Below are positions 48,740 to 61,419 of a stretch of DNA of 64,000 nucleotides, piece by piece. The stretch comes from Takakia lepidozioides. Lineage: Eukaryota > Plantae > Bryophyta. Under the pieces are notes generated by a model. That model was given only the letters and a program-made list of their open reading frames with translations, was not told the DNA's origin and did not search any database. Position numbers and translations under genes: made by a program. Each line of letters begins with the position of its first letter. Position 1 is the stretch's first letter. The stretch covers positions 14,446,001 through 14,510,000 of the forward strand of contig CM060733.1 in assembly GCA_030704615.1 (NCBI GenBank), given 5' to 3'.

Positions 48740-50800
48740 GTTGAGCATGTTGAGCATTTCCTGCAATCATCACCTTCCTGACCATAGTCTGGGTAGGCAT
48801 ATTGTCAGAAACTTCACGTGCATCCTTTACGCTCCCACATTTGGCATACATGTCAACAAGGGTTGTTTCCAAACCAATATTTGGTGGCCCGCTTTGATGA
48901 TGTCCACATGGACATGCTTGCCCTTTTCCAGGGCTCCAAGGCTGGCACATGCATTGAGAATACACAAATGAAAGTGACCCTATGGGGCGTTACCCCCTCG
49001 ACTTGCATTTGCTCATAGGTGTTGAGAGCTTCTTCACCTTGCAGATGCTGAACATATCCTGATATCATAACAGCCCAAGATGCCACATTCCTTTAGCAAT
49101 TTATCAAACATTTGCCACTCATGCATTTGGCATACATATCAACCAAGCTTCCCGTCCAACCAACACTCCCGCATCCTCCTCATCAGAAATCTCCATATCT
49201 ATCTCTCGTCCGCTCTCAGAAGAATTTCCGGCCTCCATATCTGCGCTCCGCATGACTGAAATCCTGTCTACACTCTAGGTATCTCCAAACATATGAATAC
49301 CAGCTTTTTTTTAAGTCCTTTTCCACGGCTCTGAGGTTTGCACGCGCATTGAGAGCACACATGAATGTGCCCCCATTGGGCCTCACACCTTCCTGCTGCA
49401 TTTGCTCATAGAATTGGAGAGCCTCTTCACCATGTCCATACTGAGCATATCCTACAATCATCGCACTCCATGATACTACATCTTGCTTAACCATTTTGTT
49501 GAGAACCCAACGGGCATCTTTTAAACTCCCACATTTGGCATACATGTCAACAATGCTATTCTCTGAATTTATATATGATGCGATCACTGCTTTGACAATG
49601 TGAGCATGGACCAGCTTGCCCTCTTCCAGAGCTTTGAGGCAGGCGCATGCATTGAGAATTCAAATGAAAGTGACCCTGTCGGGGATCACACCTTCCTGTC
49701 TCATTTGCTCATAGAATTTGAGTGCCTCATCACCATGCCCATCCTGAGCATATCCTCCGATCATTGCATTCCATGAGACCACATTTCGTGTAGCCATATT
49801 GTTGAACACTTGACGTGCACTCTGTAAGCTCCCATATTCTGCATACATGTCAACAAGGGTATTCTCCAAATTAATAAATGGCTTAAGTGAGGATTTGATG
49901 AATTCAGTCTGGACCTGCTTGCCTTTATCAAACGCTCGTAGAGTGGCACAGGCATTCAGAACACAAATGAATGTGACCTTGTCAGGCATGATCCCGTCCC
50001 GTTTCATATTCTCGTAGATTTTCAGAGCCTCTTCACCGTGTCCATGTTGAGCATATCCTGTGATCATTGCATTGCATGAGACCACATCTCATTTGGCCAT
50101 TTTGTCGAAGACTTGGCGTGCATCATCCACACTCCCACATTTGGCATATGCATCAATAAGACTATTTTCCAATTTAATGCATGATCTAATTCCAGCTTTG
50201 ATGATGTCGGCATAAACTTGCTTGTTCTTTTCCAGGGAACCTAGGCTCGCATAGGCACTCAGAGCCGAAATGAACGTGACTCTGTCAGGCATAACCCCTT
50301 CCCAGTACATGTTTTAAAAGCCTCCTCTGCAAGCCCATGCTTAGTATATCCTGCCATGATCAAAGTCCATGTGAATGTATCTCGTTCAGGCATATTCTCA
50401 AACACTTGCCGTTCATCACCATGCTCCCACACTTGGCATACATTTTGATAGAGTTACTTACAAAGACATGAGGCTTGAATGCATTTGGAGTGAGATGGTC
50501 ATGCACCTGCTTTCCCACTGCCAGCGCTTTCATGTTGATGCACCCCTCCAAGAGACAGACATAGAAGTTGGAGTTTACCCCAGAGCCTTGTTGGTTCAAA
50601 ATGAGCATAGCCTCTTTCGCTTTCCCCTCCTTACATAGTGTCCTCACATCCGCACCTTGGCCAGACGTAATCTTGTTGATCTCCTCTCCTGGCCCTCTTT
50701 TAAAAGGTTTGGTGAGGGTGGAGGTTTCGGTCATGCTCACGTTTTTCTACGACCTTTATTTGAGCATCCGGTGTTCCATCCAAATGGGTATTTCTTCCGC
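48740..50800 (-). pseudogene. PLS-class PPR pseudogene (linker plus ~5 PLS triplets; truncated, no DYW seen)
   Basis: DVRTLCKEGKAKEAM, LENTLVDMYAEYGSLQSARQVFNNMATRNVVSWNAMIGGYAQDGHGDEALKFYEQMRQEGVIPDRVTFI and similar; several frameshifts and an insertion at ~49150-49310. Confidence 0.92.
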
Positions 50801-52189
50801 TGTAGGTGAAAGATAGTTTCGAGCCTGCATTGCGCCGACCGAGTGAACAGCTGACCATGGCTCTCTCTGGAAATTGCTGCTCCGCTTGTCAATCTCTTGC
50901 AGTGGCTGGCTCCCAAGCAAGGCACAGGTGAGCACGACTCTCAATTGAGATTGCAGCTGTGCTTGTGAATTTCCATATATTATGTCGCTGACTCCAAGCA
51001 GGGGGGAAGGTGAGCATGGCTGTCTCTGGAGACACCATGCTCACCTGTGGGACGTGTTTGCGAATAGGACTCTGTCGGGGTATATCGATCCCAAGCACGG
51101 AGCGTATGATCATACTTCTCTGGAAAAAGCTGATGCGATACCAGACTCTCTGTCCCTCTGCATGCTCGCAAGCAGGCATCAGAATTTAGGGTCAGGTTTT
51201 TGGCAGATTTCCTGTGGAACAGCGCTCTGGAACGACGGAATCTGTAGTTGATGAAATTCTGTACAGCTTTCTTGGCTCCTCCCTCAAGAGCGAAGATCCT
51301 GATGTACCTACACCAGATAATACCTGCACGAGATAATACTTGCACCAGAAAACACCTACACTACAAAACACCCAAATTTAGAGGTACCTATACCAGATAA
51401 TACCTACACCCGAATTTGGATGATGTTCCTCCACTAGTTAATACAATATGTGTCATCCACATGATGATTCTGGGGTCAAATCCTGTTACATTTACAAAAA
51501 TAAGCATTAGCTTCATGAGTGGAACAAAAATTATGATATATATGATGCTTAATAATTGGCATGGACTTGATGTTTTGGGATCGAACCTTTGCATGCCCCA
51601 AACGTTTATTCGCTCTTGTAGAATTTGAGTATTAGTTTCACGAAAAGACGTTCACAAGAAGAGCACGTTCATTTGGATTTATTTTTTTGTAGGTCTTTCA
51701 TTTTTAGGTCTTTCATTTACGTCATTCATATCATTTTTAGGTCTTTCATGTAGGTCATTCATAATTACCCCCCTATGAAAGGACGTCACAGAAAAACAAG
51801 TTCATTTAGGTCTTTTTTTATAGGTCTTTCTTTTTAAGGTATTTCATTTAGGACATTGATAACTTCTCCCTATAAAAGGACGCCACAAGAAGAGCATCAG
51901 ACTCATTTGTTTTCTTCTTGCTATGCCTCTTTCTTCTCTAGTTGCAAATCATTTTCTCCTTTTAAATTTGAAGCTATGGTAGGAGCAATCAAGCGAGAGC
52001 ACCCTCTGCTGTGTATAGATGACCTAGATCTTACAAGTTACAGCATACTAGACTATAAGACTGTTTCATGTCTACCCTACTTCAGCCTTTGCAATCAATT
52101 AGCATATGCTAGGACTTACTCGGATTTGCTCGGAATTAATTTGACTTTCTATATCTATAGGCTATTTTGTTTTATATTGCTGCTTCATA

Positions 52190-53000
52190 CTTCAGTTTCA
52201 GTTTCAGTTTTACATACTTCGGTTTTTAGTTTACAGCAAGATTTTCAGCGAATCCTTCAGACATCTCAGTTAGTTTAACTACCATTGATTTCAATTTACA
52301 TCCTTTAATTTTCAATTTTATAGACCTCAGTTTGTAGTTTACAGCAAAATTTTCAATCAATCTTTTAGACATCTCAGTTTATTTTTTAACTACCATTGAT
52401 TTCTGATTTAGAGGCTTCAGATTTCAGTTTGCAGCAAGATTTTCAACCAGTCCTTCAGACATCTCAATTAACTTTTTAACTAGCATTGATTTCAGTTTTC
52501 AAGGGCCCACCTTCGAAAGGGGGCAGTAGGCCATGAGGCGAAGTGACACTTAGTTACGCCGACCTCGACCGGAGTTTTCTCTCTCTCTTCAGTTTTCAGT
52601 TTTACATACCTCAGTTTTCAGTTTACATCAAGATTTTTAGTCAATCCTTCAGACATCTCAGTTAATTTTTTGACTATCGTTGATTTCAGTTTTACAGACT
52701 TCAGTTTTTAGTTTTATATACCTCAGTTTTCAATTTATAGCAAGATTTTCAGTCAATCCTTCAGACATCTCATTTAATTTTTTTAACTACGTCAAATGAT
52801 TTCAGTTTTAAACACTTCAATTTTCAGTTTTCAGTTTTACAGACTTCAGTTTTTAGTTTTACAGACTTCTGTTTTCAGTTTACATCAAGATTTTCAGCTA
52901 GTCCTTCAGACATCTCTGTTAATTTTTTAACTACCATTCATTTCAGTTTTATAGACTTCAATTTTCAGTTTTGCAAACTTCAGATTTTTAGTTTACACCT
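52190..53000. repeat. AT-rich satellite-like tandem array (~95-125-bp units containing TTCAGTT subrepeats)
   Basis: Recurrent CAAGATTTTCAG...TCCTTCAGACATCTCAGTTAATTTTTTAACTACCATTGATTTCAG, about six copies. Confidence 0.88.
52502..52587 (+). mobile_element. Second short retroposed copy of the LINE 3' terminal unit, inserted in the satellite
   Basis: Homologous to 63659-63742; (TC)n tail; TSD TTCAGTTTTCA at 52491-52501 and 52588-52598. Confidence 0.85.
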
Positions 53001-53094
53001 AACCAACAATGTCTATGAGGAATTATAAAGGCATATTGGACTTGTTTTCGCGAAACAGTTTGTGAACGGTCACTAATTCTCTATCATATCTGGG

Positions 53095-53640
53095 CTTTGC
53101 GGCCCTCAACGTCACAAAATCGTCGCTAGGGGCGCCCCGCGCTGCGACACCCAACGCTTCGACGCCAAAGGGTCGCAACGGTGTTGTAATCAGCTTAGGT
53201 CATCACAAAGACGTCGCTTGGGGCTTTTTGCGGTGGGGTTGCAACAACGGCGACGACACTGGGGCTGGGGCTGGGCACTAAGGCTGTGGATGTTGCAACT
53301 CCCCATCGTCACAAGAGGGACCCCCTTAGAAAGAACTTGACAAAAATCTTGATATTCTAGCGACGACCGAAGGTCGGAAACTAGTTTAGTGTAGAGCAGG
53401 AATAGGGTGCCATAGTGCCACGTCATCGTCGTCACGTTTCGTCGTCAGGTCATCGTAGCCAGGTCATCGTCGTCGTCAATTTCTTTGGAATCTGCCCGGA
53501 CGACCCGCGCGAAATAGGCCAATAGAAATCGCCGCGCAACGTTTTTGGAACTGCCCGCAATGCCTGGATCTTGATCTTCTACTGCAAGAGCTCTGCGTTT
53601 TCCGCCATAGTTCACATTTCTGCCATATCCATGGAGCATT
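53095..53640. repeat. GC-rich element with many GCGACG/CGTCGC motifs; similar sequence at 62040-62100 and 63755-64000 (probable non-autonomous DNA transposon)
   Basis: Dense short direct and inverted GCGACG motifs; no ORF similarity recognised. Confidence 0.5.
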
Positions 53641-53713
53641 GCAACCTTGTGTAGAATAAGGCGAACATCAAAGGCCGGTGGTTGTCTAACTTTCTGTATT
53701 TATTACTCTTTAG

Positions 53714-54098
53714 GCAACATCAAGGTTGAGCGAGGACAAAGTAAAGCAATGCGTTGATCCCAAGCTGAAGGGTGACTATCCTCCGAAGGCAGTTGCCAAG
53801 GTAGGTTTTTGTGTCAACCTTTTGAGTTGCATTCTCATTGCAAGAGATTGCATAGTAGATGGTCTCTTCAGCAACTGGCTGGCTTATGGCAGCCCCTAAC
53901 TCCGTATTTAGGTTCTCTCAACAACTGGATAAAGATTACCGATGCAAGTTTGGGTTGGAATGGCAGATGGCAACAGTTGCAGCACTTTGTGTGCAGTACG
54001 AAGGGGACTTTCGCCCCAACATGAGTATCGTGGTGAAAGCCCTGCAACCGCTTCTAACCTCAAGGCCTGCACCACAAACAGGACCATCGGCAGAGTAA
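53714..54098 (+). pseudogene. Last two exons (53714-53800, 53967-54098) of a PTI1-like receptor-like cytoplasmic kinase; upstream kinase exons not found
   Basis: [29 protein letters not shown]|[30 protein letters not shown] is the conserved PTI1 C-terminus; splice sites intact. Confidence 0.85.
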
Positions 54099-54784
54099 CA
54101 AGTCTGTGTGATGTTATTAGATTCTTGATTTAGTGCTTGCATGGAGTCCAAAAACCTTGGGTACCTAGTCTGTGTTTGGCATTGAGGGTTTTATAATAAG
54201 GGGTGGTTTGCAAATGGCTTGAGGTCAGTGCTCAAACCACATCTGCACACAGACCTGCTGCATTTTGCCTTGCAATTGGCAAGTTTGGAAATGTTAATTT
54301 AAAGTTGTGGGTCTGCCCACATGAGTAAGCAGAGGGGATGTCTTGAGGAAGTTGGAAGCTGGTTTGAACTGTACTTAATGGTGGGATGATATAAGTGGAA
54401 AAGCTTGGTGTTTGACATGCGCCAAGTATCTTTGGATAGGCCAAGCTTTGTTCATCTCTGAACAGTGGCAATGCATGCATGTTGATGACTGCATGTATAA
54501 CAGTTTGGAGGCCAAGATTATTTATTGTTCTGGCTGCAACATGATTGGATAAAGAGGTTTCTGATTACGAAGCCTGCTCTTTGCCTGCCTGAGCATCTCT
54601 CTCAGTTTTGTGGGGGTGTGCCCACATATGTGAATTTGCAGGCATGCAGTCTAGTCACAAGACTCTGCATTGTGAAACTTGTCAAAGGTTACTATAGATA
54701 TGCTAGTGAGGATTACGGAATAGAGTGAGTGCCTAGGAGCACTGAAATTGGATGGGGTAGCAATACCCCTCTTTCGCACTTGAG

Positions 54785-54860
54785 CAGGCAGCCCAGTTGG
54801 TGGGAATTTTGTGGCTTGCCTGTGCATAACCAGGGTGATCCTGGGTTCAATCCTTCATGA
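54785..54860 (+). other. Possible tRNA-derived SINE remnant (pol III A/B boxes)
   Basis: A-box-like CAGCCCAGTTGG (~54789) and B-box GGTTCAATCC (54844); no cloverleaf. Confidence 0.3.
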
Positions 54861-55129
54861 TCGTCCTTCTACTGTCCCATTGTCCCCTCGATGGTGTGTG
54901 TATTGAGCAGTAGGCTCACTTGAACTTTGGTTTCTTTTCAATTGTTGGATCACATTGGTTGTTTCACTTCATAGGAGGTGGCAATTGTGTATGGCTGTCA
55001 CAGTCACATTTGTAGTCTTTAAGCACTCCCATTTTCCAGGCGGCTTCAATCTGGGAGAGCAGCCAGATTTTTGCCGAAAGTAATTTGGTCCACTAAGGAG
55101 CAATGGACTAGGTAACATGTGCAAGGAGA

Positions 55130-56500
55130 TGGTGAGGGCACCTTCTTCTTCGACCTATTTCAGCCTGTTTTGCCCTCTCATTAGACTCATCCCTGAATTT
55201 GCATATTGATTGTGTAAGTTAGCTCTTTGGGTGGATTTGTGGTGCATGGGTAGATGGTCCACTGGAAGCCGCAGCAGCAGCAGCAGCGGCACAATTGATA
55301 AAATCAGGCACTGGCACTGAAGGCACCTTCTTCAACACATTTCACCCTATTTTTCCTCTTATCAGAATTGGCCCTAAATTTCCATGTTGAATTCTACAAG
55401 TTAGCTAGTTGAGTGAATCTTTGATAGGTTGGAGTGACTTTGACATGATACTGCCAATGTGACAACAGAAAAGTATCCAAAAACAAGTAACAGAGATGAA
55501 GAGAAGTTGTGGAATGAATACTTTTCTGAATCCAGTCTATGGTGGGACAACCGAGGCAAAAAGGTGAATGTCTGTCAGGTTACCAGATGTCATTTTGAAC
55601 ATTGCCCTGGTGGACATGTATGCCAAATGTGGCTGCATCGATGATGCCAAGGGAGTGTTCAACACTATGGCTGAATGAGATGTGGTGTTATGGAGTGCAA
55701 TGCTTGCGGGGTATGCACAGCAGGGGCGCGGGATGGAGGCTTTGGAGACGTATGAGCAAATGATGGGGGAAGGAGTGAAGCCTAACCACATAACGTTTGT
55801 GTGCGTTTGCAGTGCGTGTGCGAGCCTGGCAGCCCTGGAAAAGGGGAAAGAGATCCATGGTGACATCATCAAATCTACAAGTGTACCAATGTCATCATGA
55901 ACACTGCTTTGGTGGACATGTATGCCAAATGTGGGAGCATTGAGGATGCTCTACAATCCACTCCCAGAACCAAATTTGTCAAGGAGAGATTCAATTCCAG
56001 ATGCCCCACTTTGAATGGATCGGGCTACTCGCCTTGACTTTGAATTGATGGCCTCCCCTATGTCACAGACTGGAAACAGGTTCAAGGAAGTTTTCTGCCG
56101 AACTTCATGGCCCTGTGCACATGTTCATTTAAAAGTACTGGCATCCTCTAATTTTTAGCAGTACAGGAAAGTAGGTTGTTTCGGGATCTGTCTATTTTTT
56201 TAAATGTGTGAAGCTTTGGTGGTTACAGCGTGGTGCGAGAGGCCATGGCTACTCAGATGCCCGCTGGTGTTGTCACGGAGCAGTTCAAGGGCAGAAATGA
56301 GGTTCTCTGGATGGGTTGGTCAAACCCTCCCTGGTGGTGACTCTCACTGGTGGTTTTGCAAGAGGTCCAAGAGGCGAAAATAGTAAGAGTTCTTCTGCAC
56401 TTGTGGAGACATCAGAGGACTATGCAAGTCAGGACGACGGAAAGATGCACTGCACGTTTCTTACCAACATGGTATCCAGCCAGACTCCAAGATCTCCATA
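55130..56500 (+). pseudogene. Mosaic of PDF-PPR gene fragments: two targeting-exon copies, PDF tail, PDF first half, one PPR triplet, and another linker plus first PPR motif
   Basis: 55130-55240 and 55320-55570 are homologous to 15386-15635. AWVDGPLEAAAA at 55243; DEEKLWNEYFSESSLWWDNRGKK followed closely by PDVILNIALVDMYAKCG at ~55580; RGPRGENSKSSS..GDIRGLCKSGRRKDAL at 56360-56450. Confidence 0.8.
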
Positions 56501-56769
56501 CATCTTCTTGGCCGTGCAGGGAGATTGGTCAATGCAGAAGAATTTATCCGTGACCAGATGTCTTGGCATGGTGTGTGGGAGGGTGCAGCTCATCAGCATA
56601 ATGTTAATATCATAGGTTAAGTATTGTGTTTTGAGCAGTGGCATGTCACTGACTATATACCAATATGTAAGTTGTCTCTCTGACAAGTTGGTATTTCACC
56701 AAGAAGTTGTGTACCACACGAAGGACAATGTTGCATTCTTGAGTGTACTATACCTAGTGGCCAATTTGT

Positions 56770-58243
56770 TGACGTTTGTTTGCATTTGCAATGCGTGTGC
56801 AAGCCTGGCAGCCCTGGAAAGGTGCAATGAGGTCCATGGTGACATCGTCAAAGCTGATTTGTACCAGATGTCATCCCGAACACAGCCATGTTGGACATGT
56901 ATATCAAATGTGAGTGCATTGAGGATGCAAAGGGAGTTTTCGATAGTATGGCTGAAAGAAATGTGGTGTCGTGGAGGGCGATGATTGCAGGATATGCACA
57001 GCAAGGGGCGGGATAAAGGCTTCGGAGACCTATGAACAAATGATAGGGGAAGGGATGAAGCCCGACCGCATAACGTTTGTTTGCATTTGCAATGCGTGTG
57101 CAAGCCTGGCAGCTCTCGAAAGGTGCAAAGTGGTCCATGGTGACATCGTCACATCTGGAATTGTACCCAATGTCATTCTGAACATTGTCCTGCTGGACAT
57201 GTATATCAAATGTGAGTGCATCGAGGATGCAAAGAGAGTTTTCGACAGTATGGCTGAAAAAGATGTGGTGTCGTGGAGGGCGATGATTGCAGGATATGCA
57301 CAGCAAGGGGCGGGATGGAGGCTTCGGAGACCTATGAGCAAATGATAGGGGATGGGGTGAAGTCCAACCGCATAACGTTTGTTTGCATTTGCAATGCGTG
57401 TGCAAGCCTGGCAGCTCTCGAAAGGTGCAAAGTGGTCCATGGTGACATCGTCACATCTAGAATTGTATCCAATGTCATTCTGAACACTGCCCTGCTGGAC
57501 ATGTATGTCAAATGTGAGTGCATCGAGGATGCAAAGGGAGTTTTCGACAGTATGGCTGAAGGAGATGTGGTGTCGTGGAGGGCGTTGATTGCAGAATATG
57601 CACAGCAAGGGCGCGGGATGGAGGCGTTGGAGACCTATGAGCAATTGATATGCGAAGGGATGAAGCCCAACCGCATAATGTTTGTGTGCATTTGCAATGC
57701 GTGTGCAAGCCTGGCAGCTTTGGAAAGGTGCAATGAGGTCCATGCATGTGACATCGTCAAAGCTGGATTTGTTCCAGATGTCATCCTGAACATTGTCCTG
57801 CTGGACATGTATGTCAAATGTGAGTGCAACGAGGATGCAAAGGAAGTGTTCGACAGTATGGCTGAAAGAAATGTGGTGTCGTGGAGTGCAATGATTGTAG
57901 GATATGCACAACATGGGGCGGGATGGAGGCTTTGGAGACCTATGAGCAATTGATGTGCGAAAGGGTGAAGCCCAACCACATCACATTTGTTTGTGTTTGC
58001 AATGCTTGTGCAAGCCTGGCAGCCCTGGAAAGGTGCAATGAGGTCCATAGTGACATCGTCAAAGCTGGATTTGTACTAGATGTCATCCTGAACACTGCCC
58101 TGTTGGACCTGTATGTCAAATGTGAGTGCATCGAGGATGCAAAGGGAGTGTTCGACAGGATGACTGAACGAAATGTGGTGTCATGGAATTCAAGGACGTA
58201 GGATATGCCCAACATGGTTGTCATAGGGAGGTCCTACAACTAT
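56770..58243 (+). pseudogene. PLS-PPR array of five near-identical ~303-bp triplet units, frameshifted, interrupted by CACTA at 58243
   Basis: Units TFVCICNACASLAALERC..VHGDIV...[35 protein letters not shown] start at ~56773, 57074, 57376, 57680 and 57985. Confidence 0.93.
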
Positions 58244-58900
58244 CACTACAACAGATCGCGGTAGTTATGACTGCCAAACCGTGGTAGTCATGGTTTTCAT
58301 GACTTTGACCATGACTGTACCATGTTTTTATATGAAATTGACTTCCCGCAGTCGTTCATACGACTGTAGTCATATGAACAACTATCTAAGTAGTCGTCCG
58401 TATGACTACATGGCTCCGGAATGGGCGGAAGGCTGGTCAACGACAATTGACCAGATTTAGCTCACCATTCATAGTCATTTCCATGACTACAGTGTACATG
58501 GATGAGGTTACATAGTCATGATGACTACTGGGGATTTTGTAATTTGGTGTGTATAATACAATTAAAATACCATATGATCATATGAATGACTAATGGATTT
58601 GTATTGGTTAATAGGTAGTGAACTATAACTCTTATAGTAAAGACGTTGCAGGTTCAAACTCCTCTAAGTACAATCGATACATCTATGTATCACAAAAGTA
58701 ATATATATATATATATATATACTCTAGGGCTTCGCGTTGCTCTGCACTACTAGCGACGAATTCTTAAAACTATGTTCAATTTTTCACAAAAAAAAGGTTG
58801 GGTCATCCCCACGGTGGTACATGCACAGATCCGGTGTTTTGTTTTCTCCTGGAAAAAAAATGGCGAATCTGCATTTCAACATTCAATTTTCACAAGCCGC
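58244..58900 (+). mobile_element. CACTA transposon, left arm (right boundary approximate)
   Basis: Begins CACTACAACAGATCGCGGTA directly after TAT; ATGACT/AGTCAT subterminal repeats. Confidence 0.85.
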
Positions 58901-59442
58901 ATCAATCAATAACAACATACCCAAATACCCTTACATTCACTGTATGAACTTTCAAGCATCCACCATGGGAATAGATCTTGATGGGTTAAGGCTAGTTTTT
59001 GACAGTATTCATGCAAGTTCATCAAGGGCTCCATCCAAATCCACACCACGAGAAACAAACACATGTCCAAATTTAAGATGCTGAACAAACTTGTGCACAG
59101 GGCTGCTCTCATCAAGCTCATTAAAATTTGTATTCACTTCCATCTTGAAGCTTTGGAGAAGCTCCACCACCCAAACCCAGAATTAGGACAACACTCTGAT
59201 TTCCATCCACTGTCACCAGAATTAGTCAAAAATCACCCCTTCAGTCAAGTGCAATTATGGGCTGACTTCCCACCTATGCCGGGTAGACCCCACTATCATT
59301 TCCTGTGGATTTATGGCACAGGAAATGCACTCAACAGTACATCATGGTCAATACTTTCGGGAAATGGTGGATGGTGTGAGTAGCTAAGTCACTGATCAAT
59401 GAATGAAGCAAGACACTCGCATCTTTCCAAGAAGACATCCTT

Positions 59443-61419
59443 TCACCAGAAATCACCACAAGAACAAATCTCATCTTCAAAGTGGTGAAAGCGGTTAGCG
59501 TCCCGTACAACAATTGCTCGGCCAACAATCTTTGAGATGAATTTGGTGGAGGTGTGGCAGTCACCACACACTCGAAGATTCTTGATGAGACGGAGAGGCG
59601 TCCTAGGGGTCATGTTGATCAGCCCAAAACCAATGGCCAGCTTCTCACTGTGGTGGCAAAGAGAAAATTCATTTTCCTCCTCCCCACATTATGCAATACA
59701 AAGCGCCTGTCAGGCACATACCCCGCCTCATTTATCTTCCCAGACAATCTTCTCAGCTCAGCATGGATTTCCTTAATTCTGGGATGCAACTTGTCATCTA
59801 CAACGAAGGTGTGCACCCTGTTGCAAACCTCAATGCAGCAGCGACTTGGCTCCTTTTCAACCCCTATGACCTTCATCATTCTTCTCACCTTTACAGTATC
59901 AACCCACCTGCCAGCTGCAACATAGATGTTTGATAGCAACATAAGTCGCGACATCCTATTCATTCCACTTGAGGATAGATGTTGCCGCACGTTGAGCCAT
60001 CTCTACATTGTCATTTTTGCAGGCACTAAACAAGGCCTTCCACACCACAACATCTGGATTGATTGGCATTTTATTAATCAAGTCCATTGTCTCATCCAGT
60101 TGTCCCGCACGTCCAAGAAGGTCCATCATACAGCCAAAGTGCTATACTGTCGGAGTGACACCATGATCTTGAATCAGGGAATCGAAGTAGCGTCTACCTT
60201 CGTTTAGAAGGCCAGTGTAGCTGGATGCAGTGAGAATACATACTGTTTCAAGCCGTTCTTTTGCATTCCTTCAAATAGTTGCAGGACCTCCCTATGACAA
60301 CCATGCTGTGTATATCCTGCGATCATTGCATTCCATGACACCACATCTCATTCAGCCATATTGTCGAACACTCCTTTTGCATCCTCCATGCACCCACATT
60401 TGGCATATATGCCCACCAGGGCATAGTTCAGGATCACATCTGGTACAATTCCAGCTCTGACGATGTTGCCATGCACCTCTTCGCCCTTTTCCAGGGCTGC
60501 CAGGCTTGCACACGCACTGCAAACGCACACAAATGTGATGTGGTCGGGCTTCACCCTGTCGCACATCATTTGCTCATAGGTCTCCAAAGCCTTCATCCCA
60601 CGTCCCTGTTGTGCATACCCTGCAAGCACTGCACTCCACGACACCACACCTCGTTCAGCCATAGTGTCGAACACTCCATTTGCATCCTAGATGCACCCAC
60701 ATTTTGCAAACATATCCACCAGGGTATTGTTTAGAATGATAGCTGGTACAATTCGCTTTGACGATGTCACCATGGACCTCTTTCCCCTTTTCTAGAGCTC
60801 CCCGGCTTGCACACACATTGTAAACACAAACAAATGTGATGTGGTTGGGCCTCACCCTTTCGCGCAGCATTTGCTCATAGGTCTCCAAAGCATTCCTACC
60901 ACACCCGTACTTGGTAAATCTTGCCAACAGTATGTTCCACATGATCAAACATCGTTGAGGCATTCTGTTGAACACTTGGTGAGCACCCATGATGCTCCCA
61001 CACTTAACATACATGTTGACAAGGGAGTTGAGTAGAAAAAAATTTGACGTGAATCCACTTTGGATAATGTGAGTGTGCACCTGCTTTCCAGCTTCCAGAC
61101 CTCCCATCTTGATGCACTTAAGCAAGAGATAAACATACGTATCTGAATCTGCTGAAATGCCTCCTTGGTTATAGTCTGTAGAGCCTCTGCCAGTCTGCCT
61201 GTCGCACGAAGTATCTTCACATGCCTAGAAGTGCCAGAAGAGGTATTGTGGACTTCATCTCTTGATCCTCTTTCAGAAGCTGTGGCCATGGATGAGATGC
61301 CTGATTTCATCAACTGTGCCACTACAACTGCTGCATTCAGTTGACCATCTACCTAGAGAGACCACATATAAAGGTGATACTGTCCGGCTTCAAGCCGTTC
61401 TTTTACATTCCTTCAAATA
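59443..61419 (-). pseudogene. PLS-PPR-E-DYW RNA-editing factor pseudogene (canonical PG-box type, ends CGDFW*)
   Basis: Linker, RHVKILRATGRLAEAL, PLS triplets, E motifs (LLSNIYVAAGRW), [68 protein letters not shown]; several stops and frameshifts upstream. Confidence 0.95.

Noticed and set aside
48411-53000. Repeat arrays as CRISPR-like loci
   Set aside because: Units are contiguous tandem repeats without unique spacers, there are no cas genes, and the context is eukaryotic.
58640-58670. GGTTCAAACTCC B-box as a tRNA gene (also ~61880)
   Set aside because: No cloverleaf; lies inside CACTA subterminal sequence.
59443-61419. Stops in PPR genes rescued by U-to-C editing
   Set aside because: These are nuclear genes, and they also carry many frameshifts that editing cannot repair.
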